NCBI GenBank assembly: GCA_902488455.1 | Contig: CABTWG010000002.1 | Span: 4,324-68,323, forward strand | Reading direction: 5' to 3' | Source: an uncultured Peptoniphilus sp. | GTDB taxonomy: Bacteria; Bacillota; Clostridia; Tissierellales; Peptoniphilaceae | DNA: 64,000 bases | Shown: positions 51,491 to 61,152 of the stretch, one piece after another | How the letters are laid out: the number at the start of each line of letters is the position of its first letter | How positions within the stretch are numbered: position 1 is the first letter of the stretch | The notes under the pieces: model-generated | Told to the model about the DNA's origin: nothing | Databases searched by the model: none | What the model saw: only the letters and a program-made list of their open reading frames with translations | Made by a program: the position numbers and the translations under genes

Positions 51491-52428
51491 TTCATACTCC
51501 TTTTATCTCTTTCGCTTACGAAGAATCTTTCATAGTATCCTCTGTCCAAATTGTCTTTTAAAAGAGATTCCATCATTATATTGGTTATCTTAACTTCGCT
51601 ATCGACTATATCTAAAAAATAAGGCACTCCCCTGGAATTTTCCGGTGTCAGTGTGTAAACCAAGGACGCTATTTCGAATAATTCTGTCTTATTTCTATTG
51701 TAGACGTCTATTCCTATTACTCCTGGAAATGTTGAACTTCGTAAAAATGCAGTACTTAGGTCGTAGCTGAACTTTTTATTTACGCTATTGTCTATAAGCA
51801 GTGCCTCGCCCTTTTTTAATATTCCAAACATAAGCTCCCTGTCGTAGTAAAACTCATCCCAATCAAAGGATTTTCTGATGTAGTCGGTCTTCACGTCCTT
51901 TACCACTCCAAATAAGACTATTCCCTTCTCATCTACTATTTCCAAAAGCTCTTCAAACTTATCCCTTGCGTCTAAGTTGTAACGAATGAGCCCACCGTCC
52001 ATCATTATATACTTTGGATTTAGTTTTTCTATTGACTCTATCGCACATCTTAGTTCAATCTCTGCAAGTCTTCTCTTCATATTTATTTCATCTTCCAATG
52101 TGTTTTGAAGAAGTGGTGTAAATATTTCGTTTATGACCACGGATTTCTTGTCAAATCTAAGTCCCAAAGCCCGATATAGTTCTATAAAATGAGGGAAGTT
52201 TCCTCCAGATTTGTTGTAAGATCCGTCTATTGCCACAAGATTTTTAAATTTTACAATTTTCTTTTCATCTAGTTTCGGAAGTTCTACTATTTCCCCAGTG
52301 AATTCTTTTAATTTTTCTCTAAACTCTTCCCTTTCTAGGGAAAATACTTTTCTATATCTCTCTTCTAAGATTGACCCTACGTTTAGAATCTCTCTTCGTA
52401 GAGATTCTAATTCCACGCCTTTATTCAT
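51487..52428 (-). CDS. nurA: NurA-family nuclease
   Basis: VAIDGS, ELRCA, MMDGGL, GVVK, GVPYFL...D; coupled to herA. Confidence 0.82.
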   Translation of the reverse strand: MNKGVELESLRREILNVGSILEERYRKVFSLEREEFREKLKEFTGEIVELPKLDEKKIVKFKNLVAIDGSYNKSGGNFPHFIELYRALGLRFDKKSVVINEIFTPLLQNTLEDEINMKRRLAEIELRCAIESIEKLNPKYIMMDGGLIRYNLDARDKFEELLEIVDEKGIVLFGVVKDVKTDYIRKSFDWDEFYYDRELMFGILKKGEALLIDNSVNKKFSYDLSTAFLRSSTFPGVIGIDVYNRNKTELFEIASLVYTLTPENSRGVPYFLDIVDSEVKITNIMMESLLKDNLDRGYYERFFVSERDKRSMK

Positions 52429-53221
52429 CTTCTAAACTCACCTTGTATACATCATTCTTCTTAAGACCAAACTCCTTTGCCACTTCCTTAATTGCCTGAC
52501 TCATCTTCATACCATCTGCGACTCGTCTTTCAAGTTCGGCTCTTATATCTATTTCTAACTCTTCCTCTTCATATCCGTCCACGACGATTACAAACTCGCC
52601 TTTTAATGTGAGATCCTTCGCCAAGATTTCTTCGATACTTCCTCTAATATGCTCTTCAAACATTTTGGTTATCTCTCTTGAAATGGAAATCTCCCTATTG
52701 CCGAAGACTTCTTTTAAATCCTCTAGTGTTTCCAAAATTCTGTGTGGAGCTTCATAAAAAATGATTGGAAATTTTAATTCTTTTAAATCTTCCAATTCTT
52801 TTAATCTCTTTGACCTCTTCGAATCTAAAAATCCATAGAAAAAGAAATGCTCAGTTGAAAATCCTGAATATAAAAGAGCAAGGATTGACGCTGTGCTTCC
52901 TGGCAGTACCTCAAATTCGATATCCCTATCTATAAGTTCTTTTATAAGTATAAATCCTGGGTCAGAGATACCTGGCATCCCTGCATCAGAGATGATGGCT
53001 ATATCGTTCTTCTCTGAAAGTTCTATGAGCTCATCGACTTTCTGTCTTTCGTTGAATTTGTGGTAGGCGATGAGTCTTTTTTTGATGTCGAAATTATTTA
53101 GAAGTTTTATGGAATTTCTCGTGTCCTCGCAGCAGATTATATCCACAGACTTTAGAACATTTAACGTCCTTATGGTTATATCTTCTAAATTTCCGATAGG
53201 TGTCGGGCAAAAGTAAATCAT
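52421..53221 (-). CDS. rsmI: 16S rRNA C1402 2'-O-methyltransferase
   Basis: TPIGNLEDIT, SDAGMPGISDPG, YEAPHR, REITK. Confidence 0.95.
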   Translation of the reverse strand: MIYFCPTPIGNLEDITIRTLNVLKSVDIICCEDTRNSIKLLNNFDIKKRLIAYHKFNERQKVDELIELSEKNDIAIISDAGMPGISDPGFILIKELIDRDIEFEVLPGSTASILALLYSGFSTEHFFFYGFLDSKRSKRLKELEDLKELKFPIIFYEAPHRILETLEDLKEVFGNREISISREITKMFEEHIRGSIEEILAKDLTLKGEFVIVVDGYEEEELEIDIRAELERRVADGMKMSQAIKEVAKEFGLKKNDVYKVSLEDE

Positions 53222-53907
53222 TTCATAACCTCGTTTCTGTAAACGGCATTAAACTCTTCTGTCATCTCTGTACCTTCGTACATGTAAAAATCTGGGAGAA
53301 TCTCCAAATTATAATTTCCTCCAAGCCTTATGTCCAGAAGCATTATATTTGACTTGGAATGCATATTTTTTTTAATAAATCTAATTCTCTTAATAAATAG
53401 GTTTAATTCCTTGAAATAGACGGAGATCTCTTGAAGCCTCATGGAAGGAAATACCATGTAGAGCCTGCCTCCGTACTTTAAATTTCGTGAAATAGCTTTT
53501 AAAAATGTAAATATATCTTCTGTGTGACGCTCCCTGCCATCCACCAATCCCATGGTAGGTTTGTCCTCAAAATATGGAGGGTTCGTGATTATGCAGTCGA
53601 AATAACCGTGGTAATCTCTTAAGTCTTCGACCTTTGAATTTATAACCTCTATATTTTTTAAATCATTAAGCTCGATGGTTTTATTTAAATTGTCTGTATA
53701 TACTTTATCTATGTCCACAGCTACGACTTCACTTGCCCTATTTAGGACCCTAAGCCCAAGTATTCCGTTGCCACAACCGACGTCCATTACCTTTCCATTT
53801 ATATTTGCAAAAGAGCTTAGAATTAGAGAGTCTGTAGTGTATTTAAATCTATTTTCAGTTTGATATATTTCTATATTTGTACCAGGTACGTAATCTTTAT
53901 TATCCAT
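53218..53907 (-). CDS. tRNA1(Val) A37 N6-methyltransferase-like (YabB/TrmN6)
   Basis: DVGCGNG, NPPYF; upstream of rsmI. Confidence 0.8.
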   Translation of the reverse strand: MDNKDYVPGTNIEIYQTENRFKYTTDSLILSSFANINGKVMDVGCGNGILGLRVLNRASEVVAVDIDKVYTDNLNKTIELNDLKNIEVINSKVEDLRDYHGYFDCIITNPPYFEDKPTMGLVDGRERHTEDIFTFLKAISRNLKYGGRLYMVFPSMRLQEISVYFKELNLFIKRIRFIKKNMHSKSNIMLLDIRLGGNYNLEILPDFYMYEGTEMTEEFNAVYRNEVMK

Positions 53908-54085
53908 AATTATATTTTATCATAGAAAAATTTATTTTATTCGAAGCTTTGCTAGTTAAATTTTAGATAATCTCATTATCATTTAGAGTTTGATTATGAT
54001 CACACTAATGCGAACTTTCCTCTACAAATGGCTATATTCCAATATCCTAGCGATTTACTGGGTTTATATTTTTTGAAAAAATCCA

Positions 54086-54114
54086 TTGTAAAAATCTTTT
54101 TATAGTGTTATACT
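54086..54114 (+). promoter_or_regulatory. SigA promoter of the ferredoxin gene
   Basis: TTGTAA-17bp-TATACT with extended TG. Confidence 0.7.
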
Positions 54115-54154
54115 TAAGACAGTAAAAGGTATAAAATTTTATGGAGGTGCTATA

Positions 54155-54325
54155 ATGGCTCATATTATTACAGACGCATGCATCGCTTGTGGCGCATGTC
54201 AACCAGAATGCCCTGTTAACTGTATTTCAGAAGGCGCAATCTACGAAATTGATCAAGATCAATGCATCGATTGTGGCGCTTGTTCAGCAGTTTGCCCTAC
54301 AGGAGCAGCTCAACCAGAAGCTTAA
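54155..54325 (+). CDS. fdx: 2[4Fe-4S] clostridial-type ferredoxin, 56 aa (absent from ORF track)
   Basis: MAHIITDACIACGACQPECPVNCISEGAIYEIDQDQCIDCGACSAVCPTGAAQPEA; GGAGG SD; terminator at about 54335-54362. Confidence 0.96.
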   Translation: MAHIITDACIACGACQPECPVNCISEGAIYEIDQDQCIDCGACSAVCPTGAAQPEA

Positions 54326-54411
54326 TATTTACTTAAAAATGGGACTTAGGTCCTATTTTTTTAGGTAAAAAATTATCTCTACCGAATATGGTAGAGATTT
54401 TTTATATTTTT

Positions 54412-55695
54412 TTATTTACTTTTACTTCCTATCTTAAAAATATGAAATACTGCTCCAAGTATTATTACAGGAATTATCCATACGAAGCTTGTGAAACCAT
54501 CTGGTAATACATTTGCAATTGGAGCTAGTAGATCTACTGGATATCCTATAAGTTCAGTTATTACTTTTACTGAAGGAATAAATGATCCTAGTACAGATCC
54601 TAGCATAATAGGTCTTTTTATAAATTCGCCACCAAGTACATTAAGTACAATCAGTGTGATGGCTACTGGATATAGTGAAACTAGTACAGGCACTGAGAAT
54701 ACCACTATTTTGTCCACTCCGCTTATTGCAAAGAAAGTGGAAATTGCAGATGAAATAACGACTATCGTCACATACAGATTTTTATTCTTAAATAGGCCGC
54801 TGAAGAAATCTCCTACCGTTGCTGTAAGGCCTATGGCTGTAGTTAGACAAGCTAGCGCCATTGCAAGTGATAGTATTATTCCTCCAAATGTGCCGAGGAT
54901 TGTGTCAGTTGAATAGATCAAAAGTTCTACACGACCCATATCTTCAAAGCCTAAGCCTGATAGGGTGCTGCCCATGTATTCAAGTCCAAAGTAGATTATT
55001 GCAAGTCCTATTCCAGAAATAACCGCTGAATATTTTGTAAAACTAAGTATTTCCTTTTCTTCTTTTATTCCTAGGTACCTAAATCCATCTATTACTACCT
55101 TTGTAAACACCAATGCTGCAAGAGCGTCCATGGTTTGGTATCCTTCTTCAAAACTCTTTCCAAAGATTCCCACCACATTTTTATCAACTGGAATGCCCAT
55201 AGGTGATGTCACTGCTCTAAATATTATTATTGCTAGTAATATCAAAAGAAATGGCGTCAAGATTTTACCTATGTTGGAAACTACCTTTTGCGGTTTAATC
55301 GTAAATAACAATACCAGTGCAAAAAATATTATAGATGCAATAACAGGACTTAATCCTTTAAAAATTGTTCCTTGTATTACTTCATAGGTTGTTGCTGCGT
55401 TTCTTGGGATTGCAAGTCCTGGTCCAATAGCTAGAAGCACCATCGTTCCAAAGAATTTAGAGAACCCTTGACCTAAGTTCTCTCCCAAATTTTCAATACT
55501 GCCTCCGGCTTTTATCGTTGCTATGACTCCAAGCATAACAAGACCTACTGCTGTAGTTGAAAATCCCAGTGCAGATACTAGGTACCCTGTACCCATATCC
55601 CTTCCAAGTACTGGAGGAAATAGTAAATTTCCTGCTCCGAAGAACATTGAAAATAGTGCAAATCCTCCTATCCAAATCTTTTTCCTATCCTTCAT
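54412..55695 (-). CDS. brnQ: Branched-chain amino acid transport system II carrier
   Basis: GFALFSMFFGAGNL, GYQTMDALAAL, LACLTTAIGL. Confidence 0.93.
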   Translation of the reverse strand: MKDRKKIWIGGFALFSMFFGAGNLLFPPVLGRDMGTGYLVSALGFSTTAVGLVMLGVIATIKAGGSIENLGENLGQGFSKFFGTMVLLAIGPGLAIPRNAATTYEVIQGTIFKGLSPVIASIIFFALVLLFTIKPQKVVSNIGKILTPFLLILLAIIIFRAVTSPMGIPVDKNVVGIFGKSFEEGYQTMDALAALVFTKVVIDGFRYLGIKEEKEILSFTKYSAVISGIGLAIIYFGLEYMGSTLSGLGFEDMGRVELLIYSTDTILGTFGGIILSLAMALACLTTAIGLTATVGDFFSGLFKNKNLYVTIVVISSAISTFFAISGVDKIVVFSVPVLVSLYPVAITLIVLNVLGGEFIKRPIMLGSVLGSFIPSVKVITELIGYPVDLLAPIANVLPDGFTSFVWIIPVIILGAVFHIFKIGSKSK

Positions 55696-56982
55696 TTATT
55701 TTCCCTTCTCTCTATAAAAAATTTTAAAGATAAAACCTAAAATTAAAACTGGAATTATCCAAGAGAATACTTCTATTGATTCAGGTAAAATATTCTCTAT
55801 TGGTGAAAGTAAATCTATATCTTTATTAAACATGTTTATTATGGAATTTACAGCTGGAATTAGAGATCCACTTATGGAACCAATGACTATTCCTCTCTGT
55901 CCAAGATGTTCGATAAATGTGTTTAAAAATATTATAACTATGGCTGTCGGATAGAGAGCCACAAGTATAGGTGCAGAGATTGAAACTATGCTGTCCACTC
56001 CCCTTACAGAGGTTATAGCTGCAAATATTGAAGATACAACAATGATTACATAGTAGGATACTTTTCCCTTAAATAGATCACTGAAGTATTCTCCTACGTA
56101 TGCGGTAAGTCCTATTGCAGTGGTTAGACATGCAAGTGCCATTGAAAGTGAAAGTGCAATATTTCCAAATCTTCCTAGAAGTCTTCCCGTTAAATGGATA
56201 AGCATCTCTGTTCTTCCAAGTTCTGAAATACCTTCCCCACTTGCAGATGCTCCTATAAATATAAGTCCAATATATATAATTGATAGACCTATTCCTGCTA
56301 TTATTGCGGCTTTTATGGTCATGCCCAGAATTTCTTTTTTGTCGTTATATCCTTTGGTTACAAAATCCTCATAGATAATTCTTGCAAAGATAAGTGCCGC
56401 AAGAGCGTCCATGGTTTGGTATCCCTCTTCGAAACCTTTCCCAAATGCTCCTACTATTCCCTTTTCTACAGGAGTTCCAACAGGATGTATAAATCCCTTT
56501 ACGATTATGATTCCAAGCACTATTAAAAGTGCAGGAGTCAAAAATTTACCCAAGTTGCTAACTACTTTTGAAGGTTTGTATACGAACAAAAGCACAAGAA
56601 TAAAAAATATTGTGCTTGCAAGAATCGGTGATAGGTTCGGCATAAGTCCTTTGGATATAACTTCGTAAGTCGTTGCCGCCGTTCTAGGTATTGCTAGTCC
56701 AGGTCCAATTGCAAGGACTATAATGGTTGAAAAAATTCTTCCAAAAGTTGGGCTTACGATGCTTGTAGCTTCAAGAATGCTGCCTCCAGCCTTCATAGAT
56801 GCGATGGCACCCATCATCACAAGTCCTACCCCTGCGGTAATAAAACCGATCATCGCCGGGGAAAACGCCTTTCCCATTGCCTCCCCTAGGGCAGGTGCAA
56901 AAAGTAGGTTTCCAGCGCCGAAAAACATTGAAAATAATGCAAACCCACTTATAATTATATTTTTATTTCTACTATTATTCAT
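55696..56982 (-). CDS. brnQ: Branched-chain amino acid transport system II carrier, paralog
   Basis: Same BrnQ motifs as the neighbouring gene. Confidence 0.93.
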   Translation of the reverse strand: MNNSRNKNIIISGFALFSMFFGAGNLLFAPALGEAMGKAFSPAMIGFITAGVGLVMMGAIASMKAGGSILEATSIVSPTFGRIFSTIIVLAIGPGLAIPRTAATTYEVISKGLMPNLSPILASTIFFILVLLFVYKPSKVVSNLGKFLTPALLIVLGIIIVKGFIHPVGTPVEKGIVGAFGKGFEEGYQTMDALAALIFARIIYEDFVTKGYNDKKEILGMTIKAAIIAGIGLSIIYIGLIFIGASASGEGISELGRTEMLIHLTGRLLGRFGNIALSLSMALACLTTAIGLTAYVGEYFSDLFKGKVSYYVIIVVSSIFAAITSVRGVDSIVSISAPILVALYPTAIVIIFLNTFIEHLGQRGIVIGSISGSLIPAVNSIINMFNKDIDLLSPIENILPESIEVFSWIIPVLILGFIFKIFYREKGK

Positions 56983-57201
56983 ATTAACTCCTCAGTCTCT
57001 TCGATGTGTTTTACATATTTTACCATATAGAAGTATAGAATTGAACTGAATTATAAAAATTTGTGTAAATTTTATGAACTTCTAATTATTGATTTAAAAA
57101 TATCGCCGATAAATCCATCTATTATATGGATAAATCGCCAAAAATACTAAATTATTTTGACTTATTTACCACATCTGATAAAATATAAAAAGAGGTGAAA
57201 A

Positions 57202-59277
57202 ATGAGTATTATAACGAAATTATCAAACGAACTTAAAATAGATGAAAGTAGACTTATGCCTACCATTGAACTACTCGATTCTGGCGACTCAGTACCATTT
57301 ATATCCAGATATAGAAAAGAAGTTACCGGAGGTTTAACCGACGAAGAACTTAGAAACCTTCTAAAAAGACTTACATATCTTAGAAATTTAGAAGCTAGAA
57401 AAGAAGAGATCAAAGCCCTAATCGATGGCCAAGGCAAACTAACAGAAGAGCTAGTAGCAGAAATAGATGCAGCAGACGTGCTTTCCACCCTAGAAGACAT
57501 ATATAGACCTTATAAACCAAAGAGAAACACCAGAGGCAGCATCGCAAGAGAAAGAGGCTACGAAGTCTTTGCAAACATGATTGCTGAAGAAGAAAGCCTA
57601 GAAAATATCCTAGAAGCAATAAAGAACTTCAAAACCGAGCATCTAGAAGACGAACTGGAAGTAGAAGAAATCCTCCAAGGTGCCAAGGACATCGAAGCAG
57701 AAAATATCTCCGACTCAAGCAAAATAAGAGAAATGATCAAAAAGATCGTCTGGAGATTCTCAAGCCTAAAGACCACGAAGAAAGAAGAAAATCACGTATA
57801 TGAAATGTACTACGACTTCGAGGAAAAGATAAAGGATTTAAAATTCCACAACACACTAGCAATCAATCGTGGCGAAAAAGAAGACGTGCTAAAAGTTGAA
57901 ATAGTAAGCCCAATGGACATTATCATTTCAAATATAAAATCAACATATATAAAATCACACACACTTGAAGAGCTAAAGACAGAAATCATCGAAGACTCAC
58001 TAAAGAGACTTATCATGCCATCCATAGAAAGAGAAATAAGAAGCGACCTCACCCAAGTAGCAGAAGCAGCCTCAATCGAACTCTTCGGCGAAAACCTACA
58101 CAACCTACTCATGATAAGACCACTTAAAGATAAAAATGTGTTAGCACTGGATCCAGGAATCAGAACCGGAACCAAGGCATCAGCAATAGATAAACTAGGA
58201 AACTTCAAAGAACACGACGTTCTCTTCATAGCAGGAGGAAAAGGCGAAAAATCACAAGTAGAAAAGAAACTTATGGGTCTAATAGAAAGAAACGACATAG
58301 ACGTAATCGCCATAGGAAATGGCACAGCCTCAAGAGAAGTAGAATCATTCGTAGCAGAATTTATAAAAGAAAACAAACTAGACGTATCCTGGACAATAGT
58401 AAACGAAGCAGGAGCATCCATCTATTCCGCATCAGAAGAAGGCACCAAGGAATTCCCAGACTTGGATGTAACAGTAAGAGGAGCGATCTCCATCGGACGT
58501 AGGCTCCAAGACCCACTGGCAGAACTAGTTAAGATCGAGCCAAAACACATAGGAGTAGGACAATATCAACACGACCTAAACGAAAAGAACCTGGATATGA
58601 AACTACACGATGTGGTGGAAGCCTGCGTAAACACAGTAGGAGTAAACTTAAACACAGCATCAGCACCACTTTTAAAATATGTCAGCGGAATCAATAACAC
58701 AGTGGCAAATAACATCGTAAAGTACAGAAACGAAGTAGGAAGATTTAACAGTAGAGCCGATCTTAAAAATATAAAAGGACTAGGACCAAAGGCATTTGAA
58801 CAATCAGCAGGATTTCTTAGAATCCTAGACGGAGAGGAAATGCTAGACTCCACAGCAGTCCATCCAGAATCCTATGAAATCGCCAAAAAACTAAAAGGTG
58901 ACGAAGAAGCCACAGAAAAACTAGCAGAAGAACTAGGAGTAGGACTATTCACACTTCGTGACATCCTAGAAGAACTCAAAAAACCAGGCAGAGACCCAAG
59001 AGAAGACTTGGATGAAGTATTTTTAAAATCAGACATACTAACAATAGATGACTTAAAAATCGGAGACGTCCTAAAAGGCACAGTGAGAAACGTAGTGGAC
59101 TTCGGTTGCTTCGTGGACATAGGACTTCACTCAGAAGGACTGATCCACATCTCCAACCTCTCAAAAGGATTCGTAAAGCATCCAAAAGACATCGTAAGCG
59201 TAGGAGATATAGTAAACGTAGAAGTAATCTCAATCGATTTAAAAAGAGAAAGAGTCGGACTAAAAAAACTTAAATAA
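57202..59277 (+). CDS. tex: Tex RNA-binding transcription accessory protein
   Basis: PFISRYRKEVTG, IGNGTASRE, GVGQYQHD, C-terminal S1 domain. Confidence 0.95.
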   Translation: MSIITKLSNELKIDESRLMPTIELLDSGDSVPFISRYRKEVTGGLTDEELRNLLKRLTYLRNLEARKEEIKALIDGQGKLTEELVAEIDAADVLSTLEDIYRPYKPKRNTRGSIARERGYEVFANMIAEEESLENILEAIKNFKTEHLEDELEVEEILQGAKDIEAENISDSSKIREMIKKIVWRFSSLKTTKKEENHVYEMYYDFEEKIKDLKFHNTLAINRGEKEDVLKVEIVSPMDIIISNIKSTYIKSHTLEELKTEIIEDSLKRLIMPSIEREIRSDLTQVAEAASIELFGENLHNLLMIRPLKDKNVLALDPGIRTGTKASAIDKLGNFKEHDVLFIAGGKGEKSQVEKKLMGLIERNDIDVIAIGNGTASREVESFVAEFIKENKLDVSWTIVNEAGASIYSASEEGTKEFPDLDVTVRGAISIGRRLQDPLAELVKIEPKHIGVGQYQHDLNEKNLDMKLHDVVEACVNTVGVNLNTASAPLLKYVSGINNTVANNIVKYRNEVGRFNSRADLKNIKGLGPKAFEQSAGFLRILDGEEMLDSTAVHPESYEIAKKLKGDEEATEKLAEELGVGLFTLRDILEELKKPGRDPREDLDEVFLKSDILTIDDLKIGDVLKGTVRNVVDFGCFVDIGLHSEGLIHISNLSKGFVKHPKDIVSVGDIVNVEVISIDLKRERVGLKKLK

Positions 59278-59285
59278 AAATTATG

Positions 59286-59329
59286 AGCAAGGATAGAACC
59301 TTGCTTTTTTTTGTCCCATGCATTATAAT
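59286..59329 (+). promoter_or_regulatory. tex terminator overlapping the promoter of tRNA-Ser/SRP RNA
   Basis: AGCAAGG/CCTTGCT stem with T tract; TTGCTT-17bp-TATAAT. Confidence 0.65.
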
Positions 59330-59345
59330 ATAATTCTGTAAGCAT

Positions 59346-59434
59346 GCAGGGATGACCGAGTGGCTGAAGGTGCACGCCTGGAAAGCGTGTATACAGTAAT
59401 TGTATCGAGGGTTCAAATCCCTCTCCCTGCGCCA
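59346..59434 (+). tRNA. tRNA-Ser(GGA)
   Basis: Acceptor GCAGGGA/TCCCTGC, anticodon arm CACGC-ctGGAaa-GCGTG, long variable arm, GTTCAAATC, G73-CCA. Confidence 0.96.
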
Positions 59435-59435
59435 T

Positions 59436-59703
59436 GCCATGCTAGATGGGAAATTAGCGATGTCCTGTAACCTGCGATTCGCTACAGCAGGATTGAATTC
59501 CTCTTGGAGGACCGTCTAATCTGTAGACTGCCCCATGAAAGCGGTGTTGAAACTTGGGTCTTACGCAACAGGAGCTTATGAACCGTGTCAGGTCTTGACG
59601 GAAGCAGCACTAAGTAAGATGTTCTGTGTGCCGTGAGGGTGCCTGGGTGGAGCTGGCTCCATGGGTACCGTATGGGTTAGCTTTTCAATAAGAGGTGCAT
59701 GGC
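59436..59703 (+). ncRNA. ffs: Large (Alu-containing) bacterial SRP RNA
   Basis: Ends pair (GCCATGC/GCATGGC); Alu-like GCTAGATGGG...CCTGTAACCTGC; helix 8 TCAGGTC...GGAAGCAGCA; about 268 nt. Confidence 0.92.
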
Positions 59704-59713
59704 TACATATTAT

Positions 59714-59740
59714 AAACCGTACAATGAGTACGGTTTTTTT
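59714..59740 (+). terminator. Terminator after SRP RNA
   Basis: AAACCGTAC-aatga-GTACGGTTT plus T tract. Confidence 0.85.
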
Positions 59741-59758
59741 ATTTTTTGGTGGGTGGTT

Positions 59759-60181
59759 GTCACCCTGAAAGGCAGTCGAGTTCTGCAAATCAGCCTTCAT
59801 TCCATTCGGCTTCTTTGGAACTCTTTGCACGAGACTTGCTGCGAAATCAAAGATTTCGGCTAGGGCTTCGAGGCTCTGCACAGAATGTATAGATTGAAAA
59901 GATAAAATTGAGTGAAATTTAGTTTGAATGATTAACTTAAATTTAAATGCTATCCGGATAGCATGAGTTTATTTTAAATGCTTCACGTGAAGCGTGATAA
60001 TTGTTATTGATTTTGTTTTGTATAAGTTCAGTTGGGATCATTTCATTTGCATAAATTGCTCTTCGGAGGTTAGACCCATTCGACTTCAGAGCCTTTGGCT
60101 CTTCCGCTCAGGGTGACTGCAGTTGGAAAGGTCATACGCATAACTCGACTGCCGCTCAGGGTGACCGTAGTTGGGAGGTCA
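59759..60181. repeat. Non-coding REP/MITE-like composite bounded by 28-bp inverted repeats
   Basis: 59759-59786 vs 60138-60165 match 25/28 inverted; direct repeat CCGCTCAGGGTGAC at 60104 and 60152; palindromes at 59947 and 59978. Confidence 0.75.
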
Positions 60182-60291
60182 CTTCTGAAAAATGGAAGCT
60201 GGTTATCCGCTACAGACAAACAGAAAAACAAAAAAGAAAAAGAACCTTAATTTCAAATTCTATCAAGGTTCTTATCTTTTCAAAACATTTT

Positions 60292-61152
60292 CTATTTTAT
60301 ATAGTTTACTAATCGTCCTATTTTTTCGATTTCTATTTCTACCTTATCGCCACTCTTTAAATACTTTGGTGGGTTAAATCCTGCTCCGACTCCTGATGGG
60401 GTGCCTGTTAGGACTATGTCCCCTGGAAATAGTGTCATGCCCTTGGTGAGTTCTACTAGGATCTTCTCGATGTCGAAGATAAATCTACTGGTGTTTGAGT
60501 CCTGTCTTAGTTCTTCGTTTACCCAGGTCTTTATGTTTAAATTTTCTACTTCCCTTTTGGACAGTTCTTTCACTACTGGTCCCATGGATAGAAATCTATC
60601 GAGGCTCTTGCCCTTGGTCCATTGTCCATACTTCGTTTGGAGTTCTCTTGCGGTGAAGTCATTTGCCACTGTAAATCCCAAGATATTTTCCCACACTTCA
60701 TATGATTTTAGATTCTTGCACTTATTTTTTATTATTATTGCAAGCTCTCCTTCGTAGTCTGCACATTCTGTCGGTGCTTCTTCTACGTTAAGTGAGTCTG
60801 TCGTGCCTATAATCTTATCTATATTCTTGGTGAAAAATATCGGTGATTTTGGGATTTCTTTACCCAAATCTTTTATTTCTACTGCGTGGTCTTGGTAGTT
60901 TTTTCCTACACAGAATATTCCCCTCTTTGGGATTTCTATAGGTGGAAGTATTTTTACTTCTTCTATAGTTTTTCTTTCTATTCTATAGATGGTTTCTATC
61001 TTATTTAGTTTACTTCTCTGTAGTTCATCCAGTTCTATAAATTTAAGTAGACTGTCAAGTCCGTAGAGTCCTCCTAAATCATAGATATATTCTCCATCTA
61101 GTATTCCGAAGCTTTTTTTGCCTTCGTATTCATATGATATATAATCACTCAT
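60292..61152 (-). CDS. Fumarylacetoacetate hydrolase family protein
   Basis: CVGKNYQDH, DYEGEL, NDFTARELQ, GKSLD, LTGTPSGVG. Confidence 0.92.
   Translation of the reverse strand: MSDYISYEYEGKKSFGILDGEYIYDLGGLYGLDSLLKFIELDELQRSKLNKIETIYRIERKTIEEVKILPPIEIPKRGIFCVGKNYQDHAVEIKDLGKEIPKSPIFFTKNIDKIIGTTDSLNVEEAPTECADYEGELAIIIKNKCKNLKSYEVWENILGFTVANDFTARELQTKYGQWTKGKSLDRFLSMGPVVKELSKREVENLNIKTWVNEELRQDSNTSRFIFDIEKILVELTKGMTLFPGDIVLTGTPSGVGAGFNPPKYLKSGDKVEIEIEKIGRLVNYIK

Noticed and set aside
53966..53980. Fur box upstream of ferredoxin (GATAATCTCATTATC)
   Set aside because: Palindromic but 6-3-6 spacing, only about 11/19 to the Fur consensus, in AT-rich DNA about 100 bp from the promoter
59127..59881. 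ORF-track calls 59127-59435 and 59588-59881
   Set aside because: Antisense to tex, the tRNA, SRP RNA and the repeat element; spurious, like the other short antisense ORFs nested in housekeeping genes
59700..60290. Replication origin at the apparent skew switch
   Set aside because: No dnaA/dnaN and no DnaA-box cluster noticed; a similar local flip appears at 30.5 kb
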